DNA of 64,000 nt, taken from NCBI GenBank assembly GCA_963806225.1, contig CAWDXG010000004.1, positions 4,448,001-4,512,000 on the forward strand. The letters run 5' to 3'. The position numbers were made by a program, and so were the translations under genes. This stretch comes from an uncultured delta proteobacterium. GTDB taxonomy: Bacteria; Myxococcota_A; Polyangia; Polyangiales; Polyangiaceae. The notes under the pieces are model-generated. The model was not told where the DNA came from, did no database searches, and worked only from the letters and a program-made list of their open reading frames with translations. Shown here piece after piece: positions 28,990-39,160 of the stretch (its first letter is position 1; each line of letters opens with the position of its first letter).

Positions 28990-30228
28990 TCAGCCGAGGC
29001 CGCGCAGGTCCGTCGCTTCCTTCACGCGCTGGACTGCCAGGATGAACGCGGCGGTGCGCATCGAGCACTTGTGCTGATCCATCGTCTTGACGATCGACCG
29101 ATGCGCTGCCGTCATGTGCTCTTCCAACATGCGGTTGACCTGCTCCTCGGACCAGCGGAGCTTCTGCGTGTTCTGGGTCCACTCGAAATAGCTGACGGTC
29201 ACGCCGCCCGCGTTGGCGAAGATGTCCGGAACGCACGTGATGCCGCGTTTCTGGAAGATCTCGTCCGCCTCCGCGGCGGTGGGCCCGTTGGCGGCTTCCA
29301 GCACGTACTTCGCCTTCACGTCACGTGCGTTCGACGAGGTGAGCACGTGCCCCAGCGCAGCGGGCGCGAGGACATCGCAGTCGCAGGTCAAGAGCGCCTC
29401 GTTCGAGATCGGCTCCGCACCTTCGTAGTCGACGACGCTGCTCGTATCGTGGGAGTGCTCGAGCACTTTCGGGATGTCCAGCCCGTCGCCGTTGAAGATG
29501 CCGCCGCGCACGTCGCTGACTGCGACGACGCGCGCGCCGCGTTCGTGGAGTAGCCTGGCGAGCCAGCTTCCGACGTTGCCGAACCCCTGGACCGCGAACT
29601 TCGTGCCTTCGAGCTTCTTTCCGGCCGTGCCCAGCACTTCGCGGATAGCCAGCATGCAGCCGCGCCCCGTCGCCGCTTCGCGTCCGTAGGAGCCGTGCAG
29701 GTCGACGGGCTTGCCCGTGACCACGGCCGGGGTGAAGCCGTAGCGCTTGCTGTACTGATCGAAAATCCAGCTCATCACCGCGCCGGTGGTGTTCATGTCC
29801 GGGGCGGGGATATCGGTGTCGGGTCCGATCAGCACGGCGATCTGGTCGACGAAGCGCCGGGTCAGCCGCTCCAGCTCCCTGCGGCTGAGCTGGTGCGGGT
29901 CGACCTGGATGCCGCCTTTGGCGCCGCCGAACGGGATACCGACGGCCGCGGTCTTCCACGTCATCAGGCTCGCGAGCGAGCGCACCTCGTCCAGGTCGAC
30001 GTCCGGGTGGTAGCGCAGGCCGCCCTTGAACGGTCCGCGCGAGTCGTCGTGCTGGATGCGGTAGCCGATGAAGTTGCCGATGGTGCCATCATCGAGCTCG
30101 ATGACCAGCTCCACCCGGAGCTCGCGGCTCGGGGTAAGCAGCAGCGTTTCGTAGCGCGAGCCGAGCTTGAGGAGTTCGAAGGCGTTGTGCAGGTAGTGGT
30201 TGGTTGTGTCGGTCGCGCTCATCGCCAT
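28990..30228 (-). CDS. gdhA: Glutamate dehydrogenase (Glu/Leu/Phe/Val dehydrogenase)
   Basis: GPFKGGLRY, GGAKGG, DIPAPD, VQGFGNVG, NAGGVTVSYFEW. Confidence 0.92.
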   Translation of the reverse strand: MAMSATDTTNHYLHNAFELLKLGSRYETLLLTPSRELRVELVIELDDGTIGNFIGYRIQHDDSRGPFKGGLRYHPDVDLDEVRSLASLMTWKTAAVGIPFGGAKGGIQVDPHQLSRRELERLTRRFVDQIAVLIGPDTDIPAPDMNTTGAVMSWIFDQYSKRYGFTPAVVTGKPVDLHGSYGREAATGRGCMLAIREVLGTAGKKLEGTKFAVQGFGNVGSWLARLLHERGARVVAVSDVRGGIFNGDGLDIPKVLEHSHDTSSVVDYEGAEPISNEALLTCDCDVLAPAALGHVLTSSNARDVKAKYVLEAANGPTAAEADEIFQKRGITCVPDIFANAGGVTVSYFEWTQNTQKLRWSEEQVNRMLEEHMTAAHRSIVKTMDQHKCSMRTAAFILAVQRVKEATDLRGLG

Positions 30229-30303
30229 GCTGGGCTACCTCCTGCTGGACGCTCCGGGCCGGGAGCCCGACCACCATAGGCCCCACGGCATGGAACGCAA
30301 CGT

Positions 30304-31557
30304 CTAGGCGTGGGCGTTCACGACTGCCATCACTTCCTCGTCGTGGAGGATGTGATCGCTGTCTTTCGCCTTCGCGAGGATAGTCTTCACCAGCGTCTCG
30401 TTCGGTTCGATGTTCCGGGAACGGAGCCAGTAGGCCACGTTCGAAGCCCCGGACATGTAGCCGATGCAGATCTCCTGATGCCGCCCGAACATGCCGGCTG
30501 GCACGCCGCTGTAGATGCGGTCGGCGAGCCAGGCGTCGCCCTTGGCCTGGGCCTTGATGATTGCGGCGGCGTGCACGCCGGTTGCCGTGCGGAAAGCATC
30601 GCGACCGACGAGCGGATAGTTGATCGGTACGTCCCAACCCACGGCTTCGGCGGCTACCTGGCAGTACTCGAGCAGATACGACAGATCCTGGTCTTCCAGC
30701 AGCCCGAGCAGCTTGAGGTTGAGCAGGATGAGCTCCATCTGGGCATTGCCCACGCGCTCGCCGATGCCGAGGGCTGTGCCGTGAACGCGGTCGGCGCCCC
30801 ACTCCAGGGCGTAGATCGCATTGACCAACCCCAGGCCTCGATCGTTGTGCCCATGCCAGTCGATGCTCACGTTGTTCGCGCCCATGCCCGCGATGACGCT
30901 GCGCGTGAACTGGATCAGGTTGCGCGTGCCGTCGGGTGTGGAATGCCCCACCGTGTCGCACAGGCAGAGGCGCGACGCGCCGTGATCCACAGCCAGCTTG
31001 AACAGTTCCGCCAGGACCTCCGGGCGCGAGCGTGTCGTGTCTTCGGTGACGTACGCGACATCCAGTCCGGCTTTGACACCGACGTCGATGGCTTCCGCGC
31101 TGCGCTTCTTGATGAGGTCGAGGTCCCAATCCTCGGCAAGCGCCCGGATCGGGCTGGACCCGACGAAGGCATACACGTCGATGGGGATGCCCGCGCGTTG
31201 CGACAGCTCGATCATGGGCGTGATGTCGCTGGCCACGGTGCGGCCGGCGCACGACACCTTGATCTTCAGCCCGGAGGACGTGATCTCCTGGCACATGCGC
31301 AGGCAGTCATCGAACGCGCGCTTGGAGCTGCCCGGCAGCCCGATGTCGGCCTCGTCGATGCCGATCTTGTCCATCAGGTGCAGGAGCCTGAGCTTGGACT
31401 CGATCTTCGGATCGGTGACCGACGGATTCTGCAGGCCGTCCCTGAGCGTCTCGTCGAGGAATTCGACTGTCCTGGGGATGATGCGCCCTTTGCGGGCGAC
31501 CTCGTTCCAGTCGTAGATGAGCTCCCCCTCGGAGTTCTTGGCGGCGGAAAACGGCAT
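30304..31557 (-). CDS. LeuA/homocitrate-synthase family (DRE-TIM) enzyme lacking the C-terminal regulatory domain
   Basis: DETLRDGLQ, HGHNDRGLG, GIGERVGNA; about 417 aa. Confidence 0.85.
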   Translation of the reverse strand: MPFSAAKNSEGELIYDWNEVARKGRIIPRTVEFLDETLRDGLQNPSVTDPKIESKLRLLHLMDKIGIDEADIGLPGSSKRAFDDCLRMCQEITSSGLKIKVSCAGRTVASDITPMIELSQRAGIPIDVYAFVGSSPIRALAEDWDLDLIKKRSAEAIDVGVKAGLDVAYVTEDTTRSRPEVLAELFKLAVDHGASRLCLCDTVGHSTPDGTRNLIQFTRSVIAGMGANNVSIDWHGHNDRGLGLVNAIYALEWGADRVHGTALGIGERVGNAQMELILLNLKLLGLLEDQDLSYLLEYCQVAAEAVGWDVPINYPLVGRDAFRTATGVHAAAIIKAQAKGDAWLADRIYSGVPAGMFGRHQEICIGYMSGASNVAYWLRSRNIEPNETLVKTILAKAKDSDHILHDEEVMAVVNAHA

Positions 31558-31687
31558 GCTGGGAGTATACGGCACGGCCCGCAGTCCCGCGCCCCGGGTT
31601 TGTCATGCCGCAGTGCGTCGCGGCGGTCGTGATGCTCGGCCGGCGCCGGTGATGGCGGCTTCGACGCCGGTCGCGTACGCTTGCAGC

Positions 31688-32326
31688 ATGGCTTGTCGAC
31701 GCTTGCACTCCAGCATCACCCTTCTGTTTGTCCTGGCGGCCTGCACGGGCGCCTGCACCTCGAACACCTTCATTTCCGGTAGTACGGGCGGCAGCGGCGG
31801 CTCGAGCGGTAGCAGCACGGGCGGCGCGAGCGGCAGCGGCGGCTCGGCCGGCAGCAGCACGGGCGGCGCGAGTGGCAGCGGCGGCTCGGCCGGCAGCAGC
31901 ACGGGCGGCGCGAGTGGCAGCGGCGGCTCGGCCGGCAGCGGCACGGGCGGTGCGAGTGGCAGCGGCGGCTCGGCCGGCAGCGGCACGGGCGGTGCGGGCG
32001 GCAGCGGTGGAGCGGGCGGAGCGAAAGTCGACTGTAGCAAGCAGCCGATCGTGTTCCCCGACTTCGTGCGCGCGTGCAGCGGCGGCTCGACGTCGTGTGC
32101 GATCGTGACCCACCAGACCGACTGCTGCGGCACCATGGTCGCCACCGGCATCAACCACTCGCAGAAGACCGCCTACGAGGCGGCCGAGAAGATCTGCGAA
32201 AGCCAGTATCCAGGGTGCGGCTGCGCGCCACAGGGGATGAAGACGGACTCGGGCGACACGGTCACCGACATCAAGCAGGTGCAGGTCGCCTGCAAGAACA
32301 ACGTCTGCACGACGTACGTGCCCTGA
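31688..32326 (+). CDS. Gly/Ser-rich lipoprotein with a Cys-rich C-terminal domain
   Basis: Lipobox (LAAC/TGAC), repeat linker, 10-Cys C-terminal domain. Confidence 0.7.
   Translation: MACRRLHSSITLLFVLAACTGACTSNTFISGSTGGSGGSSGSSTGGASGSGGSAGSSTGGASGSGGSAGSSTGGASGSGGSAGSGTGGASGSGGSAGSGTGGAGGSGGAGGAKVDCSKQPIVFPDFVRACSGGSTSCAIVTHQTDCCGTMVATGINHSQKTAYEAAEKICESQYPGCGCAPQGMKTDSGDTVTDIKQVQVACKNNVCTTYVP
31817..31984 (+). repeat. 42-bp coding tandem repeat x4 (TGGASGSGGSAGS[S/G])
   Basis: Units start at 31817, 31859, 31901 and 31943. Confidence 0.9.
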
Positions 32327-32366
32327 ACGGGCATACTGGCGATAGACGGCTATACTGCCGCCTCGC

Positions 32367-33905
32367 ATGGTCTCGGCAGAGCTCGCCAGTGTGATCCGCC
32401 GCCGCCTCGCCGACGAGGTGGGGCGGATGGATCGGGACGCGCCGAGGCGGGTCGCGCTCTGCTACCCGTCGCCGTACGCGGTCGGCATGAGCTCGCTCGG
32501 CTACCAGCGCATCTACCGGGCCATCCAGGAAACGGCGGGCTACTCGTGCGAGCGCGTCTTCCTCGAGGACGCGGGCGATCGGCCCGGGGCCACGCTGGAG
32601 CGTCCGGTCAGCTACGAGAACCTGCGTCCGCTCGATGACTTCGACGTGATCGCGTTCAGCGTCGCCTACGAAATCGAGATTGCCGGCTTGGTTCGCATGT
32701 TCGATGCCGCCGGTATTCCGCCCGAGCGTGAGCAGCGCAGGGACCAGCCGCTGGTTCTGATGGGCGGTCCGCTCACGAACTCCAACCCACTGCCGCTGTC
32801 GGCGTTTGCCGACGCCATCGTGATGGGCGAAGGCGAAGAGGTCGTGGGCTGGGCGCTCGAGACGACCGCCGAGGCGCCGGGCCGCGACGAAGCCCTCTCG
32901 CGCCTCGCGCGCCACCCACACATCTACGTGCCTGCGGTGCACGGCGCGGCGCTCCCGCCGATTGGCGCGGCCGACAACGCGCTGCTCCCAGCCCACAGCA
33001 CCATCATTACGCCGCACACCGAGCTCAGCGGTATGTTCCTGACGGAAGTCGAGCGCGGCTGCTCCCGCGGCTGCACGTACTGCGTGATGCGCCGCTCCAC
33101 GAACGGCGGCATGCGCATCGTGCCGAAAGATGTCGTGCTGGAGACGATCCCCGCCAACGTCCGCCGGGTCGGTCTGGTCGGCGCCGCCGTCAGCGACCAC
33201 CCGAAGATCGTCGAGATCGTCAACGCGCTGGCCGACCGCGGCGCGGAGGTCGGGCTCTCGAGCCTCAGGCCCGACAAGCTCAGGGACGACTTCATCGCGG
33301 CGCTCAAGCGCGTCGGCTACCGCACGCTCACCACGGCGCTCGACGGCCCGAGCGAGCGCATGCGTGGCATCATCGAACGGCGCGGGCGCGAGCCGCACTT
33401 CGTCGCAGCGGCCGAGCGCGCGAAGAAGCACGGCATGGATCGTCTGAAGCTCTATCTGATGATCGGTTTGCCCGGCGAGACGGACGAGGACATCGACGAG
33501 TGCGCGCGCTTCGTCGGCGAGCTGTCTCGCATCGTGCCTATCGCTCTCGGCATCTCTCCCTTCTGCTCCAAGCGCAACACGCCGCTCGACAACATGCCTT
33601 ATGCGGGCGTCGCCCGCGTCCAGAAGCGGCTGGAGCGGCTCCGGCGCGGGCTCCAGGGCCGCGCGGACGTGCGCGCGACGAGCGCCAAGTGGACCTGGAT
33701 CGAGTATGTGCTCGCGCAGGGCGGCGAAGCGGAGGGCCGTGCCGTTGCCGAGGCCGTGCGCGCTGGCGGTCGCTACGCCGACTTCAAGCGCGCCTTCGGC
33801 AAGCTCGGGCACAAGCCCGACGGCGCGGGCTATCTCGATGTCGAGGCGCCGATAGCGCCGGAACGGCTGAAGCGCCGCCGCCCGTCCGCGGCTATAGTGC
33901 CGTGA
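32367..33905 (+). CDS. Radical SAM protein with B12-binding-like N-terminus (TIGR03960/YgiQ-like)
   Basis: YPSPYAVGMSSLG, RGCSRGCTYC, LYLMIGLPGETDED. Confidence 0.85.
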   Translation: MVSAELASVIRRRLADEVGRMDRDAPRRVALCYPSPYAVGMSSLGYQRIYRAIQETAGYSCERVFLEDAGDRPGATLERPVSYENLRPLDDFDVIAFSVAYEIEIAGLVRMFDAAGIPPEREQRRDQPLVLMGGPLTNSNPLPLSAFADAIVMGEGEEVVGWALETTAEAPGRDEALSRLARHPHIYVPAVHGAALPPIGAADNALLPAHSTIITPHTELSGMFLTEVERGCSRGCTYCVMRRSTNGGMRIVPKDVVLETIPANVRRVGLVGAAVSDHPKIVEIVNALADRGAEVGLSSLRPDKLRDDFIAALKRVGYRTLTTALDGPSERMRGIIERRGREPHFVAAAERAKKHGMDRLKLYLMIGLPGETDEDIDECARFVGELSRIVPIALGISPFCSKRNTPLDNMPYAGVARVQKRLERLRRGLQGRADVRATSAKWTWIEYVLAQGGEAEGRAVAEAVRAGGRYADFKRAFGKLGHKPDGAGYLDVEAPIAPERLKRRRPSAAIVP

Positions 33906-34411
33906 TGGGCAGGGGATACGCCGCCGCGGCGATGCTCGCGCTTTTCACCTGGGGGTGCAGCCCCGCCGCGCAGAACGCGCGCGGCAGGACGGTGCTCGAG
34001 TCCCGCGCGGCGTTCGACCTCGAATGCCCGCGCGGCTCGCTGGTGATCGCGCCGCTCTCACGAAACGGTCATGGGACGATCACGAGCTACGGCGTCGAGG
34101 GCTGCGGCCGTCGCGCGACCTACGTCCAGCTCTCCGATTCCACATGGCTGATGAATCCGCCGGCAGGCGCGCCAGCGCCGGGGATGGTCCCGCGCCGTCC
34201 GATGCGCGTCCCGGCAGAGCGCCGCCCAGAGCCGGTGCCGCTGCCGCCAACGGCCGCGCCGCACCCTGAACCTGCGCCGCCGCCGAGCGGCAGCGCGGAG
34301 CGGAGCCCGGAGCGACCGCCGAGCTCGCTCCAGCCGGGTGAGCGCGCGCCGCGGCTGCCGGACCTGCCAGGCCAGGGCGAACGGCCGTCGCCGCTCGACC
34401 AGCGGCGGTGA
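33905..34411 (+). CDS. Hypothetical lipoprotein with a Pro-rich tail
   Basis: TGATG coupling to the rSAM gene, lipobox TWGC, RAAFDLECP...GVEGCG..ATY. Confidence 0.65.
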   Translation: MGRGYAAAAMLALFTWGCSPAAQNARGRTVLESRAAFDLECPRGSLVIAPLSRNGHGTITSYGVEGCGRRATYVQLSDSTWLMNPPAGAPAPGMVPRRPMRVPAERRPEPVPLPPTAAPHPEPAPPPSGSAERSPERPPSSLQPGERAPRLPDLPGQGERPSPLDQRR

Positions 34412-34418
34412 CGCCGGC

Positions 34419-36131
34419 ATGTCCTGCCCCGTCCCCCATCCCACCGCCGCGAACGTCTACGAAGGTTTCGACCCGCGGCTCGAGGTGATCGCGAGCGAGT
34501 CGTCGGATTGCTTCCTGCACTGCACGGGTTGCGACACGTGGTTCTGGATGGTCCTGGACGATGGCAGGTTCCAGTACTGGAACCTGTGGGAGCTCGACAG
34601 GACGCTGGCCGCGCGCGCCGCCCGCACGCGCGCCCCGGCCGACTTCGTGCGGCTGCTCGTGCGCCACAACCCTCCGGACGGCCTGCCCTACGGCCCGATC
34701 TGGACGGAGGCCAAGTGGCTGGTCGACCTGCTCGCGAAGCTGACGCGTGGCGGCGCGCCCTCGGAGATGATCGAGGCGCTCGAAGCCGAGTCGCCCCTGC
34801 CGCCTCGCTGGAGCCAGGCGCTCGCCTGGCTGCGCCGCAACGTGGCGGCACGTGCCCGCAGCTTCCACGCCTCGCCGTATCCGTTCTCTGCCGACGTTGC
34901 GCTGGATCTCCAGGGCGTCGACCTATGGCACGAGTCGCGCGATCACCTATGGCTGGTCAAGGGCGGTGCGTCCCCGATGCTGTACCAGGTGAGCGTCGAG
35001 CGGGTGGTGGGGCACCCGCTCCAGGGCCAACCGGCGTACGTCGGGCGGCGCTACGACGGGGCGTGCCTGATCTCGGTCGACACGCCTGCCGGGCGCGGCC
35101 TGATGCAGATCGATCCAGATGGCGGCTTCTTCACGGCGGAAGCGAGCGCACCGCTGGTAGCGGTCGCGTCCAGCGCTCTGGGCTGGGTGCTCGTGGAGCG
35201 CGCGCCGGAAGGTCCGCGTGCCCTCGAGTTCCGATCGACGGGTCTGGCGCCGCTATCGACCCTGCTCATCGGCGAAAATCGCCGTGTCTCCTATGTCCCG
35301 ACGCCGAAGCCGGTGGGCGAGGACTGGCTCGTCGCCAACGCAGCACCCGGCGGCGGCCCCGTCCGCCCGCTCGTGTTGTGGCGTCCAGGAGCCGGCGTCA
35401 TCGCCCAGAGCGAACCGGGCGAGCCGCTGGTCGAATCGGTCGTCGCGGCCGACCCGCAGACGTTCGTAGTGCACTGGTCGGAGCCTCGCCCCTTCGGCAC
35501 GCTGCAGATCTTCTCGCGAGACGACGCTGCGCTGGTCCCCCGCGCGCGGCTGTCGGGCGCGCGGACCTTCCGCGTCGTGGGCGATGTCGTGGTGGCCCAG
35601 GTCCCCGACGCGAAGAACGCGCTGGTGGCGTGGGATCTATCCGGTGCCGAGCGCTGGAGCTTCCCCGTAGAAACCCCCTCGGTCTGGATGGACCCGGAGG
35701 CCGATGGGCTCCGGGTGTGGATAGGCGAACGTGGCGTAATGCTCGATCCCGCGAGCGGCGAGGTCACCGTCGAGCTGGGGCTCGCCGCGAGTCCGGTGCC
35801 CTCCGACCGGCACGGCACGCGTTACGCGGTCACCGATCATCATTCCGTGTTGGTGGTGTCGCCGGACGGTCGGCAGCGTGAGGTGTTCCTCGACGGTCGC
35901 TACGAGGTGCAGACGACGCTCGGCGATGCGGCAGTGCTTTCCAGTCAGGAACCGCTTTTGCCAGACGAAAAGGCGCCGCCGCGCGGCCGCTGTGTGGTTG
36001 TGGGGGGTGAAGGACGCGTTCGCGGTGCCTTCGACGCGCCGGGCGCGCGCTGGTCCGTGATAGGCACGCACGCCGGACCGTACGTGATCGAGCCTGGACG
36101 GCTTCGCATCGGCGCCTTCTGGGCGGCGTAG
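34419..36131 (+). CDS. Hypothetical protein with an N-terminal Cys/His motif and a beta-rich C-terminus
   Basis: 570-aa ORF with CxxxH...HCTGC at the N-terminus and PQQ-like beta repeats. Confidence 0.6.
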   Translation: MSCPVPHPTAANVYEGFDPRLEVIASESSDCFLHCTGCDTWFWMVLDDGRFQYWNLWELDRTLAARAARTRAPADFVRLLVRHNPPDGLPYGPIWTEAKWLVDLLAKLTRGGAPSEMIEALEAESPLPPRWSQALAWLRRNVAARARSFHASPYPFSADVALDLQGVDLWHESRDHLWLVKGGASPMLYQVSVERVVGHPLQGQPAYVGRRYDGACLISVDTPAGRGLMQIDPDGGFFTAEASAPLVAVASSALGWVLVERAPEGPRALEFRSTGLAPLSTLLIGENRRVSYVPTPKPVGEDWLVANAAPGGGPVRPLVLWRPGAGVIAQSEPGEPLVESVVAADPQTFVVHWSEPRPFGTLQIFSRDDAALVPRARLSGARTFRVVGDVVVAQVPDAKNALVAWDLSGAERWSFPVETPSVWMDPEADGLRVWIGERGVMLDPASGEVTVELGLAASPVPSDRHGTRYAVTDHHSVLVVSPDGRQREVFLDGRYEVQTTLGDAAVLSSQEPLLPDEKAPPRGRCVVVGGEGRVRGAFDAPGARWSVIGTHAGPYVIEPGRLRIGAFWAA

Positions 36132-36189
36132 CGGCTGGCACCGCGCGCCATGCGAAACGTGCGAGGGCCGTGAGCCGCGCGACCGTGGC

Positions 36190-38187
36190 ATGCTCCCGGC
36201 GATGCCGCGAAAGCGACGCAAGCGCTCGCGTGGGGAGCCGGAGGCGCCCGCTCGCCCTGGTGCGGTGGACTCGCGCGCCGGGCATCTCTTCAAGCGCTGG
36301 TGGTGGCTGCTGGCGCCGATCGTCGCGCTGCTCGCGTTCCGTGACGTTGCGCACTTCGGATTTGTCGGCGACGCGCGTTTCCTGATCGCGGACAACCGCT
36401 TCGCGCATTCCCTCGGCTACTGGAAGGCCACGCTCCTGCACGACTACTTCTGGTCGTCGTCGGGCAACATCATTCCGTACTGGCGGCCACTGACGAAGCT
36501 GTCCTGGCTCGTCGAGTGGCAGCTGTTCCACGACTGGGCCGGTGGCTACGCGCTGGTGAACCTCGCGTGGTTCGCGTTCGGCGTGGCGGGCGTCGGCGCG
36601 CTCGCGCGGCGCCTGGGGCTGTCGCGTGTCGCGGCGCTCGTGGCGGCGCTGCTCTATGCCGTGAGCCCGGTGATGGTCGCGCCGGTCAGCATGATCATGG
36701 CGCGCTCCGACGTGGTCGTCGCGGCGTGCATGACCTGGTCGGTGGTGGCGTGGCTCGCCTGGCGCGAGGGCGGGTCGCGTCACCGCGCGTGGGCCGCGCT
36801 GCACGTCGTGGCGACGCTGTTCGCTCTGGGCAGCAAGGAAAGCGCGATCACGCTGCCGCTCGTCCTTGCCGCCTGGAGCGTCCTCGAGGGCGATCTGGCC
36901 GCGGACAAGCGCCGCCGGTTGTGGACCGTCGCGCCCGCGCTGGCGTTGGGCGTCATCTACTTCATCGTGCGGCGCGCGTTGCTGGAGGGCGAAGCCAAGG
37001 GACTCGCCGGCACCACGCTCGCGCTGGACGCGGTGCGCATCTTCACCGGGCTCGGTGCCTATCTGTGGAACACGTTTCCGCTCTCCCTGTCTTCGGGCGT
37101 GCGCGACGTGTCCTTCGCCGAAGCGCGCGGGGGTCTGTCGTTGGCGCGCGCAGCTGTCGCGTGGGTCGGGCTCGTGGCAGCTCTGGTCTGGGCATTCCGG
37201 CATCGCGAGCGCAAGCTGGTTGCTCTGCTGTTCTGGGTAGTGGCGGGCGTCCTGCCGGTGCTGGTTGCGCGCGACATCAGCGTGATCAACGTCACCGGCA
37301 AGTACCCTCTGGCCGACCGTTGGCTGGCCTGCTCGCTCGGGCCAGCGCTTGTGGTCTGGGTGCTGCTGGCCAAGCGCGCGCTCGAGCGCCTGTCGTACGA
37401 GCGCGCGCCGGCGGTCGCCCTGGCGTGCGTCGGAGTCTGGGCGCTGCTTGTCCTGGTGCGCTCGCAGGCCGACCGGAAGGAGTTTGCCAGCGATCTGGCG
37501 ATGCTCGAAAACGAGGATCGGGTCTTCTACGCCGCGGTGCCGGAGCGCTACCGCACCGACGAGGACCGCTGTCGATTCCGCGAGCGCAAGGTCGTCCGGG
37601 CCCTGATGAAGAAGGAGCCGGAGCGCGTTGTCGCACTGGCTCCGAAGGCCGTGGCGGTGTGCGGCGACAAGCCCGAGGTCCTGGCGAACTGGCTCGGCGC
37701 GCTGGTCGAGCTCGGACGCTTCCGCGACGGCGAGCCGCTGGCAGCCAAGCTCGCGAAGCATCCGCCGCGGGACACGCGCAGCCACGCCCAGGTCGCGCTC
37801 GACGTGGGGTTGACGTTCGCCGAGAACGGCAAGCCCCGGCGGGCCGTGCCCATGCTCGGACGCGCCGTCCAGCTCGGCGCCATCCAGTGCAGAGCCTTTG
37901 TGCCGCTGGCCGAGCGCGCGCGGCGCGCGCACCTGGCGGAGGTCGCGGCCACCTACGCCCAGGCCGCGTACGCTTGCGGCGGCGGTCGGGATGCCTCGCT
38001 GCTGCTCGCCGGCGCGACCTGGCTCGTCGCTGCCGGTGATACCGCGCGAGCGTCGCGGCTGATCGCCGCGCTGCATGATCGCGCGCTCACCCCGGATCAA
38101 GCCGCCCAGCGCGCGGCGCTCCTGCAAGCGCTCGCCGACGGCGCGGCGGACGCCGGACTAGCGCAGCCGGTGGCAGTACCGAAGTAG
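36190..38187 (+). CDS. TMTC-like GT-C membrane glycosyltransferase with a TPR-like tail
   Basis: YWRPLT loop, LGSKESA, ADRW motifs, many TM helices. Confidence 0.65.
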   Translation: MLPAMPRKRRKRSRGEPEAPARPGAVDSRAGHLFKRWWWLLAPIVALLAFRDVAHFGFVGDARFLIADNRFAHSLGYWKATLLHDYFWSSSGNIIPYWRPLTKLSWLVEWQLFHDWAGGYALVNLAWFAFGVAGVGALARRLGLSRVAALVAALLYAVSPVMVAPVSMIMARSDVVVAACMTWSVVAWLAWREGGSRHRAWAALHVVATLFALGSKESAITLPLVLAAWSVLEGDLAADKRRRLWTVAPALALGVIYFIVRRALLEGEAKGLAGTTLALDAVRIFTGLGAYLWNTFPLSLSSGVRDVSFAEARGGLSLARAAVAWVGLVAALVWAFRHRERKLVALLFWVVAGVLPVLVARDISVINVTGKYPLADRWLACSLGPALVVWVLLAKRALERLSYERAPAVALACVGVWALLVLVRSQADRKEFASDLAMLENEDRVFYAAVPERYRTDEDRCRFRERKVVRALMKKEPERVVALAPKAVAVCGDKPEVLANWLGALVELGRFRDGEPLAAKLAKHPPRDTRSHAQVALDVGLTFAENGKPRRAVPMLGRAVQLGAIQCRAFVPLAERARRAHLAEVAATYAQAAYACGGGRDASLLLAGATWLVAAGDTARASRLIAALHDRALTPDQAAQRAALLQALADGAADAGLAQPVAVPK

Positions 38188-38193
38188 CGCCCC

Positions 38194-39054
38194 TCAGGCT
38201 TCCGCGCCGCTCGGAAGTCCTGCCAGCGGAAGCGTCAACTTGCCGGAGTTTTCCACGTTGGCATCGCCGTCCAGCGACGGATCCGCGCCCCGCGCCTCTT
38301 CGACCCCTGCCGCGCGTCTGAGCTCGAGGTCGAGCAGATGCGTCAGCCGGACATTGCCGAGCGCCGCGAACAGATTGCCGCGCACGTTCTTGTTGTCGGC
38401 GGAGAGCTCGGCGATGAGGCGCTTGATGCGCTTTCGCTGCAGGTTGTCCTGCGAGCCGCACAGATCGCAGGGGATGATGGGAAAGGCGCGCTCCTCGGCG
38501 AAGGCGGCGATCTCCGCCTCGGAGCAGTAGACGAGCGGGCGGATCACCACGTTGCGCCCGTCGTCCGAGCGCAGCCGTGGGGGCATCGACTTGATCTGGC
38601 CGGAGTAGAGCAGGTTCAGGAGCAGCGTCTCGATGAGGTCGTCCTGGTGGTGGCCGAGGGCGATCTTGGTGGCACCGAGCTCCTGCGCGACGTTGTAGAG
38701 GATGCCACGCCGCAGGCGCGAGCAGAGCGAGCAGTAGGTTTTCCCCTCGGGGATCTTCGCCTTGACGATCGAGTACGTGTCCTGCGTGACGATGCGGTAC
38801 TCATGGCCGCCGGTCTCGAAATGTCGGGGCAGGACGTGCGCGGGAAAGCCGGGCTGTCCCTGATCCAGATTGACCGCCACCAGCGACAGGTCGAACGGCA
38901 CCTTGTCCCGGATCCGCCCGAGCAGGTGCAGCAGCGACAGCGAATCCTTGCCGCCGCTCACGCACACCATCACGCGGTCGCCGGGCTCGATCAGCCGGAA
39001 ATCGTGGCTGGCCCGGGCGACCTGGGAGAGCAGACGCTTCTCGAGTCGGGACAT
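38194..39054 (-). CDS. ttcA: tRNA 2-thiocytidine(32) synthetase
   Basis: SGGKDS, CSLCSRLRRG, GHHQDD, IIPCDLCGSQ. Confidence 0.95.
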   Translation of the reverse strand: MSRLEKRLLSQVARASHDFRLIEPGDRVMVCVSGGKDSLSLLHLLGRIRDKVPFDLSLVAVNLDQGQPGFPAHVLPRHFETGGHEYRIVTQDTYSIVKAKIPEGKTYCSLCSRLRRGILYNVAQELGATKIALGHHQDDLIETLLLNLLYSGQIKSMPPRLRSDDGRNVVIRPLVYCSEAEIAAFAEERAFPIIPCDLCGSQDNLQRKRIKRLIAELSADNKNVRGNLFAALGNVRLTHLLDLELRRAAGVEEARGADPSLDGDANVENSGKLTLPLAGLPSGAEA

Positions 39055-39119
39055 GGGAGGCGCCACGCTATCACGCTCCCCGCAACCGCGCCCGCCAGGG
39101 AAAGTCGTGGGCGCCGATG

Positions 39120-39160
39120 TTGCAGGTGCAATAGAATGTGACTATGATTGCATGTGCAAT
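39120..39160 (+). promoter_or_regulatory. Sigma70 promoter with two palindromic operators for the TA operon
   Basis: TTGCAG-17 bp-TATGAT. Operators TTGCAGGTGCAA (39120-39131) and TTGCATGTGCAA (39148-39159). Confidence 0.75.

Noticed and set aside
31817..31984. 42-bp repeats as a possible CRISPR array
   Set aside because: Head-to-tail with no spacers, in frame in a Gly/Ser linker, and no cas genes.
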